A stretch of 64,000 nt of DNA from Mytilus edulis (lineage: Eukaryota). The notes under the pieces were generated by a model, which searched no databases, was not told the DNA's origin, and saw only the letters and a program-made list of their open reading frames with translations. Each line of letters opens with the position of its first letter. The first letter of the stretch is position 1. Position numbers and translations under genes: made by a program. This document shows positions 51,801 to 62,988 of this stretch, piece after piece. The DNA lies in assembly GCF_963676685.1 (NCBI RefSeq), contig NC_092346.1, positions 47,554,001 to 47,618,000 on the forward strand, in the 5' to 3' direction.

Positions 51801-52361
51801 GACACAATATAGAAATCTAAAGAATAAACAACACGAACCCTACCAAAAACTAGGGGTGATCTCGGGTGCTCCGGAAGGGTAAGCAGATCCTGATCCACTT
51901 GTGGCACTCGTCGTGTTGCTTATGTGATAACAAATCCGGTAAATGGTCTTATTCGGTAGGTCACATTTATGAAAGGGAAGGGGATTGCAGTTACGACGTA
52001 AGGAACATATCCGATATCATTTGTGAAACGGTTATGTCATAACGGTCAACCAACTCGTGATAAATGTACATATGTATCTTGTACTAGTTATTCTTGCAAG
52101 TTGTAGAACTTTGTCTACTTACAGTTAATATATATTTTCCTCATGTTCTTATGATATTGTTAAACTTTCATTTCAGGTGACTTTTGTAACCAGAATTTTA
52201 ACAGCACCATAACCAACAAATATCATCATCCAACAACCTGTCATAGATTTATTTCTTGTGTAGGGAATGCACCTTACGTCCATACATGCTCGAGTGGTCT
52301 TTGCTTTAGTTTAAAAGAGGATCGTTGTGAATATTGCAATCTGGTAAAAACATGTCCGTAA
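36558..52361 (+). CDS. Paralog C: type II transmembrane protein, (Ig-like + CBM14)x2, about 607 aa
   Basis: Exons 36558-36899, 39305-39479 (TM), 41187-41354, 41739-41783, 45954-46304 (Ig1), 47890-48072 (CBM1), 49284-49318, 50654-50993 (or 50651-50993; Ig2), 52177-52361 (CBM2, TAA). Total 1824 nt, open. Exon lengths 45/351/183/35/340 are identical to B. AATAAA at 52520. Confidence 0.85.
38194..38237 (-). ncRNA. Type I minimal hammerhead ribozyme (intact core)
   Basis: Minus strand GCGUCA-CUGAUGA-GUC-UUAUGUA-GAC-GAAA-C-GCGU-GUC^UGGCGU. Helix I is 6 bp, helix II 3 bp, and the short helix III has a self-complementary loop. Confidence 0.85.
38279..38421 (+). mobile_element. 143-bp SINE-like/Penelope-tail insertion inside the retrozyme, 9-bp TSD
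   Basis: TACAAAGTT at 38270-38278 and 38422-38430. The sequence is the reverse complement of 54730-54872. Confidence 0.85.
39305..39479 (+). CDS. Paralog C exon 2: transmembrane/signal-anchor (not in ORF track)
   Basis: VLGPADDYCLPQDKEANKPSANSPCSPCR-MIILAAIIIILLIGLGCAAYFLWL-RNTNE. Confidence 0.8.
42153..43978 (+). mobile_element. Probable solo LTR (Gypsy-type), 1826 bp
   Basis: TG...CA ends; imperfect terminal inverted repeat TGTAATGACTTGGCCAAGCG / CGTTTGGCCAGTTATTACA; 4-bp TSD ATAT (42149-42152, 43979-43982); TATAAAA at 42727; no long ORF. Confidence 0.65.
43979..44440 (+). mobile_element. Penelope-like 3' fragment
   Basis: Decayed RT C-terminus (..FYGRNHEMVDRYGITVSQI) plus the common tail. 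Confidence 0.75.
44960..45435 (+). mobile_element. Penelope-like 3' fragment
   Basis: DRGLLLTRKLLNQEFQMVKLK..GRHHESVDRYGITVSQMISDMFLTS* plus tail. It is preceded by a retrozyme remnant (about 44790-44938). Confidence 0.8.
45954..46304 (+). CDS. Paralog C exon 5: Ig-like domain 1
   Basis: HTCEAYVGYPAGDISIEI...DMEKAIIRC. Confidence 0.85.
47407..47503. repeat. Imperfect hairpin, probably part of a non-autonomous element
   Basis: GATTATCATTGGTCATC...GATGATCAACGATAATC. Confidence 0.55.
47890..48072 (+). CDS. Paralog C exon 6: CBM14-like domain 1
   Basis: DSCKDNTVSQSNRVHPTNCKYYIECQNKEPYGRACQYGYCFGIYTVETCTPCNDVTCP. Confidence 0.85.
49930..49983. repeat. 24-bp tandem duplication
   Basis: TCCGCAGCTATATATACTACATCA x2 plus TCCGCA. 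Confidence 0.9.
50654..50993 (+). CDS. Paralog C exon 8: Ig-like domain 2
   Basis: Homologous to the A and B exons; CAGCAG acceptor. Confidence 0.85.
51689..52061 (-). mobile_element. Penelope-like 3' fragment
   Basis: Reverse complement of 45063-45435. Confidence 0.85.
52177..52361 (+). CDS. Paralog C exon 9: CBM14-like domain 2 and stop
   Basis: DFCNQNFNSTITNKYHHPTTCHRFISCVGNAPYVHTCSSGLCFSLKEDRCEYCNLVKTCP*. Confidence 0.85.
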
Positions 52362-53641
52362 TACAACCGAAAGCTGAATCTTATTTGATTATTCACGGAT
52401 ATGTTTACATAGACAAGCTTCAAAATATAATCGTGTTTCTTGTAGTTAATCCCACATTGTTTTCAAAAATTATATTGCACTAGAAATTTGAATATATCTA
52501 TTTGTGTTACAATACATTCAATAAAAAGATGAACGATGGTGTTTTAGTGTTAATATACGAGTTTTATATACGAGTTTTAATGTATATAATTGATGATAAT
52601 ATATATTAATTAAACCATACTTATGCTTAAAAATTACAAAAGGCTGATGTTCTGTCTTTATTTGTGAAAATGCCGGCTATTCATTTTAATTTAATTTTAC
52701 TTTCAAAACTGAGGATTTTATTTACACATTTTTTTAAGCCAATGTGTACAAATAGTAGAAATTTTCCTTAAATAACATGTCTTTAACAATACCAAATATT
52801 AACATATGTTTTGGAGAGCCTGCAATGATACGGTTCCACACATAAAAATTTAAAAACATCTGTTCATGCTTTTATAGTTAACTGCTTATTTTATCGAGTC
52901 AAAATTAAATCGACTTGATCAAATCAATGTATCACAAAATATCATTTGTTTTAATATTATGTCCCTGTCAATCATATACATTTTTATTTTAAAGAAAACT
53001 GGAAATGTCCAAATAGACTTAGAATAATTCAGCCATTGTATGCATGCCATATAAAAAAGGAAGATTTAGTATAATTTCGATACAAATGTCCAAAAAGGTT
53101 TTTTTTTAAATCAATTTAATGGTTGTAGCATAAAATGTAATAGTAAGAAGATTATACTTTTTCTTTTTATTGTGTAGGCTGTAAAAGCGTTGATCATGAA
53201 CTTTATTCACACACAATGGTAAACGTTTTCACATCCTCATATTAAAACAAATTAGCATCCAACTCTTGAATTAAAGAAGCCCATTGCTCATTGACATATT
53301 TTATAATTACGAGCACATTTGTGACATTATCAGGAGACAATTTTGTTTTGCGAATTTGCACGACTTTTTCAATAAACTGAAAACGTTGCAGTACACCACG
53401 CAAGGAACGTACATCTTGTAAAAAAATGTAAACAACACATTGTAAATTTCATGCACACAAAGCTCTTTTCTGGATTTTTCTTCATCAGGAATGCTGAAGC
53501 CGAATCTATAAAACAAAGAATGTATAATTACCTTAAAGTACAATGTTAGAAAGTTTTGTTATAAATCATGTCAGCACAATATTATTTACTACTGAGCTGA
53601 TGATACCGTCTGGGACCGATATCCACCAGCAGAGGTATCGG

Positions 53642-54435
53642 TAGAGGTCGGTCATTTACAGACGTATCAACCGTATTGTATACGTTGACGTATCCGCATC
53701 TGCAGATATATCAAAAAATATTATGTGATCCCGAGCTTATTAATAAGACCGTACTTCATTAAAAAAAAAAAAAAAACTAATTGGAATCTCTTCGAAACAA
53801 TCAATAAAATTGAGAATGAAATATTTGTGATAGTGGTGTTTTGTAAAAAAAAAATAAGGGGTTCTATCAACTACTTTTACATGCCCTTAGAAAGGAGCCA
53901 ATGTTAGGCAAGTACACGAATATCGTACACAATCCTTTAATAATCTATTTAAAAAAAAATCAAGATCTTATATAAATAAACACCCCAAAAAAATCAAATG
54001 TACTACTTAAATACATGTAAGATACTTTGAATATTGTTCATTTGCGATTTTATCATAAAAGGTAATAGAAAGTACAGAGTATCACTCTATTTGTCAATGA
54101 ACAATTAACAATTTCAATTTTGTCAATGCTACGTGAGCACAAGTTCATACACAAACAAACGATTTTACCGTATTCACTCCTATCATGCCTGTAAACTGTT
54201 CCAACTATATATCCGGAATTCCTTTAAAAGTAGGGTTACATATTCCACAAAAACTCGATATTTCCTTTTTGTTTTGTAAATTTCTGCATTAGAAATTAAC
54301 CAGTCGCCCATTTGCATTATTGAAAGTACAGAAAATTAAAGCTCGGGATTATATACTGTTTTTTGGTATATCTGCAGATGCGGATACGTCAACGTATATG
54401 ATACGGTTGATACGTCTTTAAATGACCGACCTCTG
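53642..54435. mobile_element. MITE with about 75-bp TIRs
   Basis: AGAGGTCGGTCATTTA.AGACGTATCAACCGTAT..TATACGTTGACGTATCCGCATCTGCAGATATA and its reverse complement at 54361-54434. No clear TSD. Confidence 0.8.
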
Positions 54436-54727
54436 GTAAAAGTATTTGGAGAAAAGTTAACGACAAATTTATTTAATTTTTATGCCAAATCAAAGTCCTT
54501 TCTCATACACTTATTTATACATATTTTAGTTGCTAAGTTAAATCAAAATGGATGCTGGATGTGTTCTAATTGATTATTTAGTCTTAAATTGAGGTTTTAT
54601 TTTATTAGTTGTTTATGACTTTTAACTAGCTGTGAGTAACTGCGAGTACTCTTAGATCTGTACTTAGTGTCTCTTTGTTTGTTGTGATTTACAAGTACCT
54701 GTCCACGTTCACTATATGTTTTGTACA

Positions 54728-56620
54728 TAGATATAGGAAGATGTGGTGTGAGTGCCAATGAGACAACTCTCCATCCAAATAACAATTTTAAAAAAGTAAA
54801 CCATTATAGGTCAGTGTACGGCCTTCAACACGGAACCTTGGCTCACACCGAACAACAAGCTATAAAGGGCCCCAAAAAAACTAGTGTAAAACAATTCAAA
54901 CAGGAAAACCAACGGTCTAATCTATATAAAAAAACGAGAAACGAGAAACACATATATATTACATAAACAAACTAAAGTACATCAGATTCCTGATTTAGGA
55001 CAGGTGCAAACATTTGTAGCGGGATTAAACGTTTTAATGGCCCCAAACCTTCTCCCTTTTTCTGAAACAATAGCATAACATCACAACATAGAAAAACACA
55101 CGATAAAATATCAATTGGCAGACTTAACTCAATCAAAAAACGTAAATAAAACAAAATGATCGAATAAATTTGATCTGCGATAACTGAATCCAAATGCACA
55201 GTTAATAAAATATTAGAGACAAACATTCAAGGCCAAAAAGCAAATAAACAAGTCCACACAAAGCCATGGCAAGCACAGGCACTTGTTTCTATCCATTATC
55301 AACGTATATTTACGAGTGGGTCTTCCAATGGATAGAAACAAGTGCCTGTGATGGCAAGACACCACTGAGAAATATTTAACCCTTCGAAAATATTGAACAA
55401 TATTCACTTTAGAAAAAAAAACGGTTGTAAAAAAAATAATTTTAATCTTGAAGTTTATACAAATTTAGTAAGAATAAGTGAAAAATTGAAGAGATTCCAA
55501 CTAAGCAAAGCTGGTATATAGACAAGATCCATATAAATATAAAATTACAAAAAAGCATTATAAACAGTATCAACAGGTCGAATTAACAAGAAAATACGAT
55601 TTGAGAGTACTCGCAGTTACTGACAGCTAGTTAAAAGCCAAAACCAATTAATAATAAAAAATCATGCATCAGAGACTAAAATCAACTAAAACACATCCCA
55701 GGGATTTAGTATTTTAACGTCATTAACAGTCAGAGAAGACATGACTTGTGCAATTCCAAAAATAAATGTATCGACAGGTAGTAGGATAGTGAGGAGCGAC
55801 TTCTAAAGAGATAAAAATTAACGTGTCTGTGTCTCTATACATCTCGCCTCAAAATATAATAAAATTTAGTTATGTTTTAATTTGCTAATGACAAAATCGA
55901 TATTAGTGCCAATGTAAACTATATTCAGAGATCTAATTACAATATTGGTACGATAACCCTTACTTATAAGTTTGTTTAAAGGTTCGATGAGTTTACAAGG
56001 ATCACATAGTGATTTCCTCGCTTTAAGTACAATATTACCATAAAATTTAGGATGTGAAATACCATTTTTAATACGTTTTCTACAGGTATAGCCAAATTTA
56101 CTAATCAAATCTTTGTATCTATGAAAGAATTTAGTAAAAGTTTTAAGTAATTTATGGTATCGAAATCCCTTGACACAACAATTTCCCGATGATGCATTGA
56201 TTACGTTCGTTAAAATCTATCACATCAGAACACACACGGGCTAACCGAACGAGTTGGGATATATAAACACCGTATGATGTAGCCAAAGGCACATCGCCGT
56301 CTAAAAAAGGAAAATTAACAATAGGAAATGAAAAATCGTCTCTTTTGTCGTAAACTTTAGTGTGAAGTTTCCCGTTTGAAATTGAAATGTCTAAATCTAG
56401 AAAAGGACAACTGCTTGGGTAAATTTCTAAAGTATATTTAGAGAACTCTGGATTATTCAACGAAAAAATATCTTCAAGATAACGGTAGGTATTTTTGAAT
56501 GTATCAACCAAATATAACAATGATGGGTCTTCACTGAGTTTGGTCACAAACTGAGATTCATAGCAATATGGAAATAAATCTGCTATTAAAGAGGCACAGA
56601 AGGTGCCCATATGAATACCT
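54728..56620 (-). mobile_element. 5'-truncated Penelope-like retroelement (second family): RT C-terminal half plus long 3' tail
   Basis: MGT.CASLIADLF..RYLEDIF..KVYDKRDDFSFPIVNFPFLDGDVP..YGVYISQLVR; frameshift near 56155; the ORF ends at 55866. Confidence 0.85.
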
Positions 56621-57859
56621 TCTACTATACTATGTATGCATCAGAAGATTAAATACGTTTTTAACTGATTTTTATATTTTTTCTGATGTACTCTTACACC
56701 AGTGTCCCAAGAAAGGGGTTGAAGCCTGAAAACTATTTCAACCCCGCCAACATATGTATGGGGTTGTCGTTTGTTGCTGTGTTACATATTTTGTTTTCGT
56801 TCATTCTTTTCGTTATATTGATAAGGCCGTTGTTTTTCTCGTTTGAATCGTTTTACATTAGTTATTTCGGAGCTTTTTATAACTGACGTTGAGGTATAGG
56901 ACAAAATTACCCGCCTTTGTTTTATCCAATTATACTACGAGGTACGCATAATTGTAGCAACTTTACTGTACACCGCGTATGCGCTGTACAAATAATGCAG
57001 TGTGTGCAAGAAACAATTTGTAAACATAATACTGTAGTTTTATTCCAAGGGTTTTCCATATTATTTCTTTTATGATAATATCCTGTTATTTATTCTTGCA
57101 TGGATTTTTCTGGTATCACTTCGCGTACATGAAGCGTAATACGAAAGAAAGATGATTCGAAAACTGCATTAGTTTGATTGGCTTATCCAACATCACGAGA
57201 CGATATCACGACATTTATATGTCTACTTGTCAGATCATTGGTGACTTTCAAAGGGTATGAAGATTTACATTTCGTCAATGGCTACGGGTATAAGTGATTT
57301 CTTCTAAAGTTACAAAATACTCACAATTTTGTCAAATGTTATTACATTCTGAATCGTACAAAAAGTTTAGAAATCACTGATGTTAAAGTATGACCCCGGC
57401 ACATATAACGTCATACTGGTATGTGCAAATGACTAGATCAGTTTAAGCTTGACTATATCAAATTATAGCCATAGATTAATTATTATAAGTATCGTCAGTT
57501 TTTACTAATAACAAATTCAGGGAGGATTGAAAATTAAATATGAATAAGGGAAGACATAAAAAAACAAATGCAAATATTCAAAGCTTGTCCAATATGACAG
57601 TAGCGGTGCAATATCGTATATTTAAAGGTTTTAACTAAACCGACACCGATCGATTGTACAGTGTGAACGCTTTTGCTATATAATTGCTTTATATAAATAC
57701 ATGGTCTTGCTTTTTATGGAATAAAACAACTACTGTCTTTTGTTTCGGTATATATGAGTTTTAATAGATTTCTAAAATAAAAACTGCTTTTCACTAAGAT
57801 CGTTAATAGAGACATATATACCTCGGTGAATATTTTTTTTTTCAAAAGTCAATAATATC

Positions 57860-58000
57860 AGATTTTTACATGACATTTTTCATATCGCATGTTTTATCAG
57901 CCCTAGGTTCAATATCAGCCCAAGAGCCGCATGGCTCGAGGGCTAATATTGACCGAGGGTTGATAATACATGCGATATGAAAAATGACATGTTATGATCT
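57860..58000. repeat. 140-bp hairpin, probably part of a non-autonomous element
   Basis: ACATGACATTTTTCATATCGCATG...CATGCGATATGAAAAATGACATGT with central GAGCC-GCAT-GGCTC. Confidence 0.75.
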
Positions 58001-59123
58001 TTTTATCAAAGCTTCAACGATGGAGAAAAATCACAGATTCATATATTGACCCTTTTATGTGGTTCCCGAATAGAAGTTCAAAGAGTGAAAAGTTCACGGA
58101 CGCCGGACTCCAAATTTAGTACATTCGATATGAAATCTTATTATCATATGCCTCAAGAGAGAAGACAAACATTTAAATTTTAACGAAACGACAAAAAAAA
58201 TAATTCAAATATATACATAATGAACACTGTTTGGAAAAGTCAACTTTTTTGTAAAGTAACTTTCTAAATTATGTTTCAAAAACTTTTAAAAAATGCATTT
58301 ATTTAATACTTTGATTGTGTTTTTTTTTTGTTTTTGTTTTTTTAATTATTTTACAAAATATACTTTCCAGTATCTAAATAATTGTTTTGTATACACTACT
58401 TTGTAATGTTTTCAGTGAAAACGTAGCATTGAGGTGTATTTTCCGGAATTTGCCGAGTTTCACCGGAATGCCATTCGATAACGTTACGGAAAGGCATGTG
58501 ATAACACTCGAAACATGTGATAAACTTTTCATATCAGCCCGCTAAGCACCAATTTGAAAATATGGAATTTACGTTAATTTAATGCTGTTATCAAACAGTA
58601 AAAATCATATGTTATTTAGTCTTAGTACATGATAAAACCAAATATTAACTTCATCAAAAGATATGTGTATAATATTTTAATTAATGCACTTAAAACTGTT
58701 TTACTGTTATTATATCGGTATAATAACAGTATACGAGAACAAAGATTCACGAGATATTTTGTTTCAATTTGAATTTTATATTTAGAAATATGTAACATAT
58801 ATTATAAATGTCGGTCAAACTACTGTCAAAGATTGCACTAAGAAAAAAACATATCAATTTACAACAATGAATAGAAAAAGTGTTTTAAATTTCATGCCCG
58901 GTCAGATATTTATTGTTTTTAATAATTTGTAAAAATCGTGTCAACATAGTGTTTCGCCATTGTTTTGAGTCGTTCAATTATAAACAATTTCTATTCAAAA
59001 ACCGTATAGTATTTCTTCTTCTATTTGGTTTATGATATTTATAAATAATTATGCTTTAAAAATGAAGGCTAAAATAAAAAGAAAAAAAGAAATGAAAGTT
59101 TTTAATTTTTGAAAACAAGGATA

Positions 59124-62100
59124 ATGTCAAAAGTTAAAGAATTTGGGAGAGAAACAGAATTTGATGACCTTACAATAATTGGAGAAAAAAACGCAGACGA
59201 TCTTCCAAATGGCGAATTATGGAACGAAGGATCGAATGGGCACCAAAGTGAAATATCAATCAACATTATCGATGAGACCGGAAATAATCTTCATCACGAA
59301 GAAATACAATTATGCATATCTGGTGCGGAGAGAAATGGTAAAAGCCTTAGAATAGATCAAACGAAATTTAAAAACGAACGAGATGATTATGAAATTGTGG
59401 CACCAAGCAGCGTTAATAGAAAAGCTGAGGGAAAAGACTTTTATAGGCAAAGTAATGAAAATTTAAAGTCGCATGAAACAAAATGTAACTATACCATAGA
59501 CAGTGGAACAACATTGGCAACAGATAGCGAGGATATAGAGGTAGAAGAAACTGAATTTCGAAAGGAAGTCATTACACATAAGAAAAGGGTTGTTAATTCA
59601 CGTGCTGGCAATCATGACGAAATCCATTTCATAGAATCTATTCCAATAAAAGAAAACGAATTAGAGGTTTCAACTAGTCGGCATAAAAATGGTTTTGTTG
59701 GTGAATCAGATTTAAATAAAACTGATATTAGTAACACTGACAATGAAACCATGTGGTACAAATTCATGCAGAAAGTAAGTATATAATTTTCCTTGATTTC
59801 GGTTTATATAAAAAATGTAGATGTGGTATTATTAAATAAACTGCAGTGGATTTAGGAAATAATAGGGCCATACGCCTCCAAAAATGATATCAACTCGTAT
59901 CGTATAATCGGCTTAAAAAGGTCCCCATGTGAAAAATGTGAGACAATTCAAACGAGAAAACTACCGACTTTATTTAAAACAAAACAGCATACTAAAATCA
60001 AATATGACAGACATAAACTAACGACAAGTTCTTAATGCACAAGTCCATAGTTATGGGAGCTCCTTTGTAAATTATTATTATTTGTATCTTATTAAAATGC
60101 TCTAACCCTTTAGCCTTGTTTGACTGAATTCTATATAACTTTTGATTTGAGTTCTAGGTTTTATATCTTATTTGGTTTGATACATATTACCTCGTGATTT
60201 ACTAAGGAGAAATGATAGGGGGAAAGATACTTTATCATGTTGTGAACAAAATGGTTTCAGTATTAATCACATATTTGGTTTCAAAAATTATTACATGTAT
60301 GTTAGCTTATTCGAATAAGAAATCATTCTTTTGAACTTGGTTATCACTAATAAGAAGAAAGCAGGTCTGTAAATTTATTTTGATGTGCATGTTAAGCGAG
60401 TCAAAGTTGTGTTTATCATCTCGAACGTGCCATATTGACAATTACGTTAGTATGAATTTTAATGAACTTGTATCCAATTAAAAATTTACTTGAATCGAAA
60501 ACTACATTTGTTTTTTTTTTCTGTTTTCCTTCAGTTTAAGTCTGACAGCCCAGAAACAAAGTATAAGATAGATGAGAATATTGCCTCACAACCTGAAGAA
60601 ACAAAAACACCTTTAACATGGAAGAAGAAATTATTATATGGATTATTGTTTGTAGGCGTTGCCATTTTGGCTGTCATTCTAATCGTCATTGCTGTGTCAA
60701 CTTCAAGTAACAATGATCACACTGAACAAGGTTGGTATATCATTGAAATTTGAAAATTATTATACTTTTCAAGCTACTGTGGTTTCAATTGTGTCGTTGG
60801 TACTAATTTCCATTGATTACCATGATTATTGAAAACTTGTATTTTCCTGGATTTATAATTTCTTGGTTTTGTCAAAGTCTGTATACAACCTGATACCAAC
60901 TTTGTAATTCATTCAGGATTTAAATTTGTGGTTTACCTGTACCCACGAAAACCATGAAAATTCGTATATAAATAAAGGCAACAGTAGTATACCGCTGTTC
61001 AAATTCATAAATCGATAGAGAAAAATTAAATCCTGGTTATAAACTAAAACTGAGGGAAACGTATCAAATGTAAGCGAACCACGACACAACAATGACACAA
61101 CACCGAAATGTAACACACACATAAACGAACTACAATGTAACAATGGCCATTTTCCTGACTTGGTACAGGGCATTTTATGAAAAAATGATTGGTTGACCCT
61201 GGCTTTGTGGCATGCCAAACCTCTCGCTTTAATAGCAGTGTTAATTAAAACATTAAAATGATAACATTACAGCACAGGGTTTCAATAAATAAACAGATAA
61301 ATGGGAGAAAATAAAGGACAAAGAAACAAACAAATAATAACCATCAATAGGTAACAGATTTCAACATATATAAAAATTAATAATGAATCCACAATATGTT
61401 TAGATAAATTAAACATCTAAAGACGTTTTAGGAAGTGCATGTGTTAAAAGATCTATAGAGACGCAGGACCGAGTCAAACAACGAAAAATATACGTCCGAA
61501 AGACATGTCGCTTTTTTTCAGATTTTTAAAGTGAAGCCTTCTTTTCTTTGTATTAAAGTTTCGTTTTGCATTACTGAAACACATGAATTACGAGTATCTT
61601 GTCTTTAACCTTCCTACCTTTATCCACTGAAATATCATCTTGTCTTACCACAGGCCACTTCTGGATCATGCCGAGAGTCTCCGAAATGGCTCTTACATGA
61701 CTTTTGTGCACATTGTGATGCACTGTACCTAAACAAGGCCTCATATCAAACGGCAGCCTTCATATTGGACATGGTAACGTATTCATTCTTTACAGACAAA
61801 TGGAAGAACCTTGCAAGAATGTGTTTCCCTCAGATAGAGAAACTAGAATAAACTATGACCCAAACTATCGGAGAAATCGTAATGGGATGATATCACTATA
61901 GTTTGCTTTTTTGTTTGTTTGTTGTTGTTTTTTGTTCATGATTGTTTTCCACTAATCTGTAAAACATATTATAAAATGAATAGACTCCAAATATTACAAT
62001 TTGTATTTTTCTTTTCAGACTTGAAAACACAAACGACTGCATACGGTGAGTTAATAGGTTTTTTTTCTTAATGGTTTACTACCGAGGGTTAAAACTGCTG

Positions 62101-62421
62101 AGTGTTCTTTCAAATACTTTTCCATAATAATCTCTTTAAATAAATAAAATAAAATAAAATAATAATGTACTTTGAAAAGAAAGTGCGACATGAAGACATT
62201 TATATTAAAAAATACAAAATGAAATAATTTTACATATTTTACGATCTTTAATTTTAACGTTATTTATTTTTTGATATTATTTTTCTTTCTCTTCATATAC
62301 CTACTTATTTTCTACAGTTCATGCTTTACTTGACTTGACGGTTAACGATACGTATACAACGGATATGGGTAACAGTTTATCATACAAATATAAACGTTTT
62401 GCCTCGGACTTTTGTGCTGAG
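59124..62421 (+). CDS. Gene D (5' part): type II membrane protein with a long acidic cytoplasmic tail, TM helix and probable SEA domain start
   Basis: Exons 59124-59774 (phase 0 donor GTAAGT), 60535-60730 (KKK then LLYGLLFVGVAILAVILIVIAV), 62019-62045, 62318-62421 (VHALLDLTVNDTYTTDMGNSLSYKYKRFASDFCAE, resembling a SEA N-terminus). Phases are consistent; the gene continues beyond the window. Confidence 0.7.
60970..61345 (-). repeat. Copy of the 1-643 family (no ribozyme head)
   Basis: Colinear with 21197-21570. Confidence 0.8.
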
Positions 62422-62988
62422 GTATGTATATATAAACATATGCCTTAAAATGAATAATATAAAATTAAAGTATTTTAACAAAACTGTGTTGTAAATCAAA
62501 TATCAATTGTTCATTTGAGCGTCATTGATGAACCTTATGTGACGAAACGCGCGTCTGGCGTATCAAATTATAAGCCTGGTACTATTCAAATCACGCATAA
62601 CCAACAAAACTGTTAAAACTTATTTAACCAGAATTCCTTGATTATTATTTTTTTTTATTTCTAACCACCGGAAATCGACAGTCACTTCCCCGATTCTACA
62701 AAGGCAAGTCTACACAGTTTTACAGAATTTGATCTTTATGATTATCGATAATGTTAATAATATCCAACCACCAATAACAAAAAAGCAAAAAAGAAAGTAC
62801 TTATAATTTCCAACGGTTCGATAGTATAGTGGGAAATTATTGTAATAACGGTACTAGTGAATACTATTGATACGGGTACTTATGTACACGTATATACATA
62901 CATGTATCACGTGATACTGATATTTAGCGGGAATATTTTCCCTTGTTGGTCACTTCTAGCCAAGCATCAGACTGGACAACAGTGAAAT

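Noticed and set aside
57049-57057. kB-like GGGTTTTCC about 2.1 kb upstream of gene D
   Set aside because: It is only a 9-mer, with none of the flanking conservation seen for B and C; it could be chance.
61560-61860. GC-richer, coding-looking segment in a gene D intron
   Set aside because: The frames I translated contain stops and no recognisable motif. It may be a fossil, but the call is unsupported.
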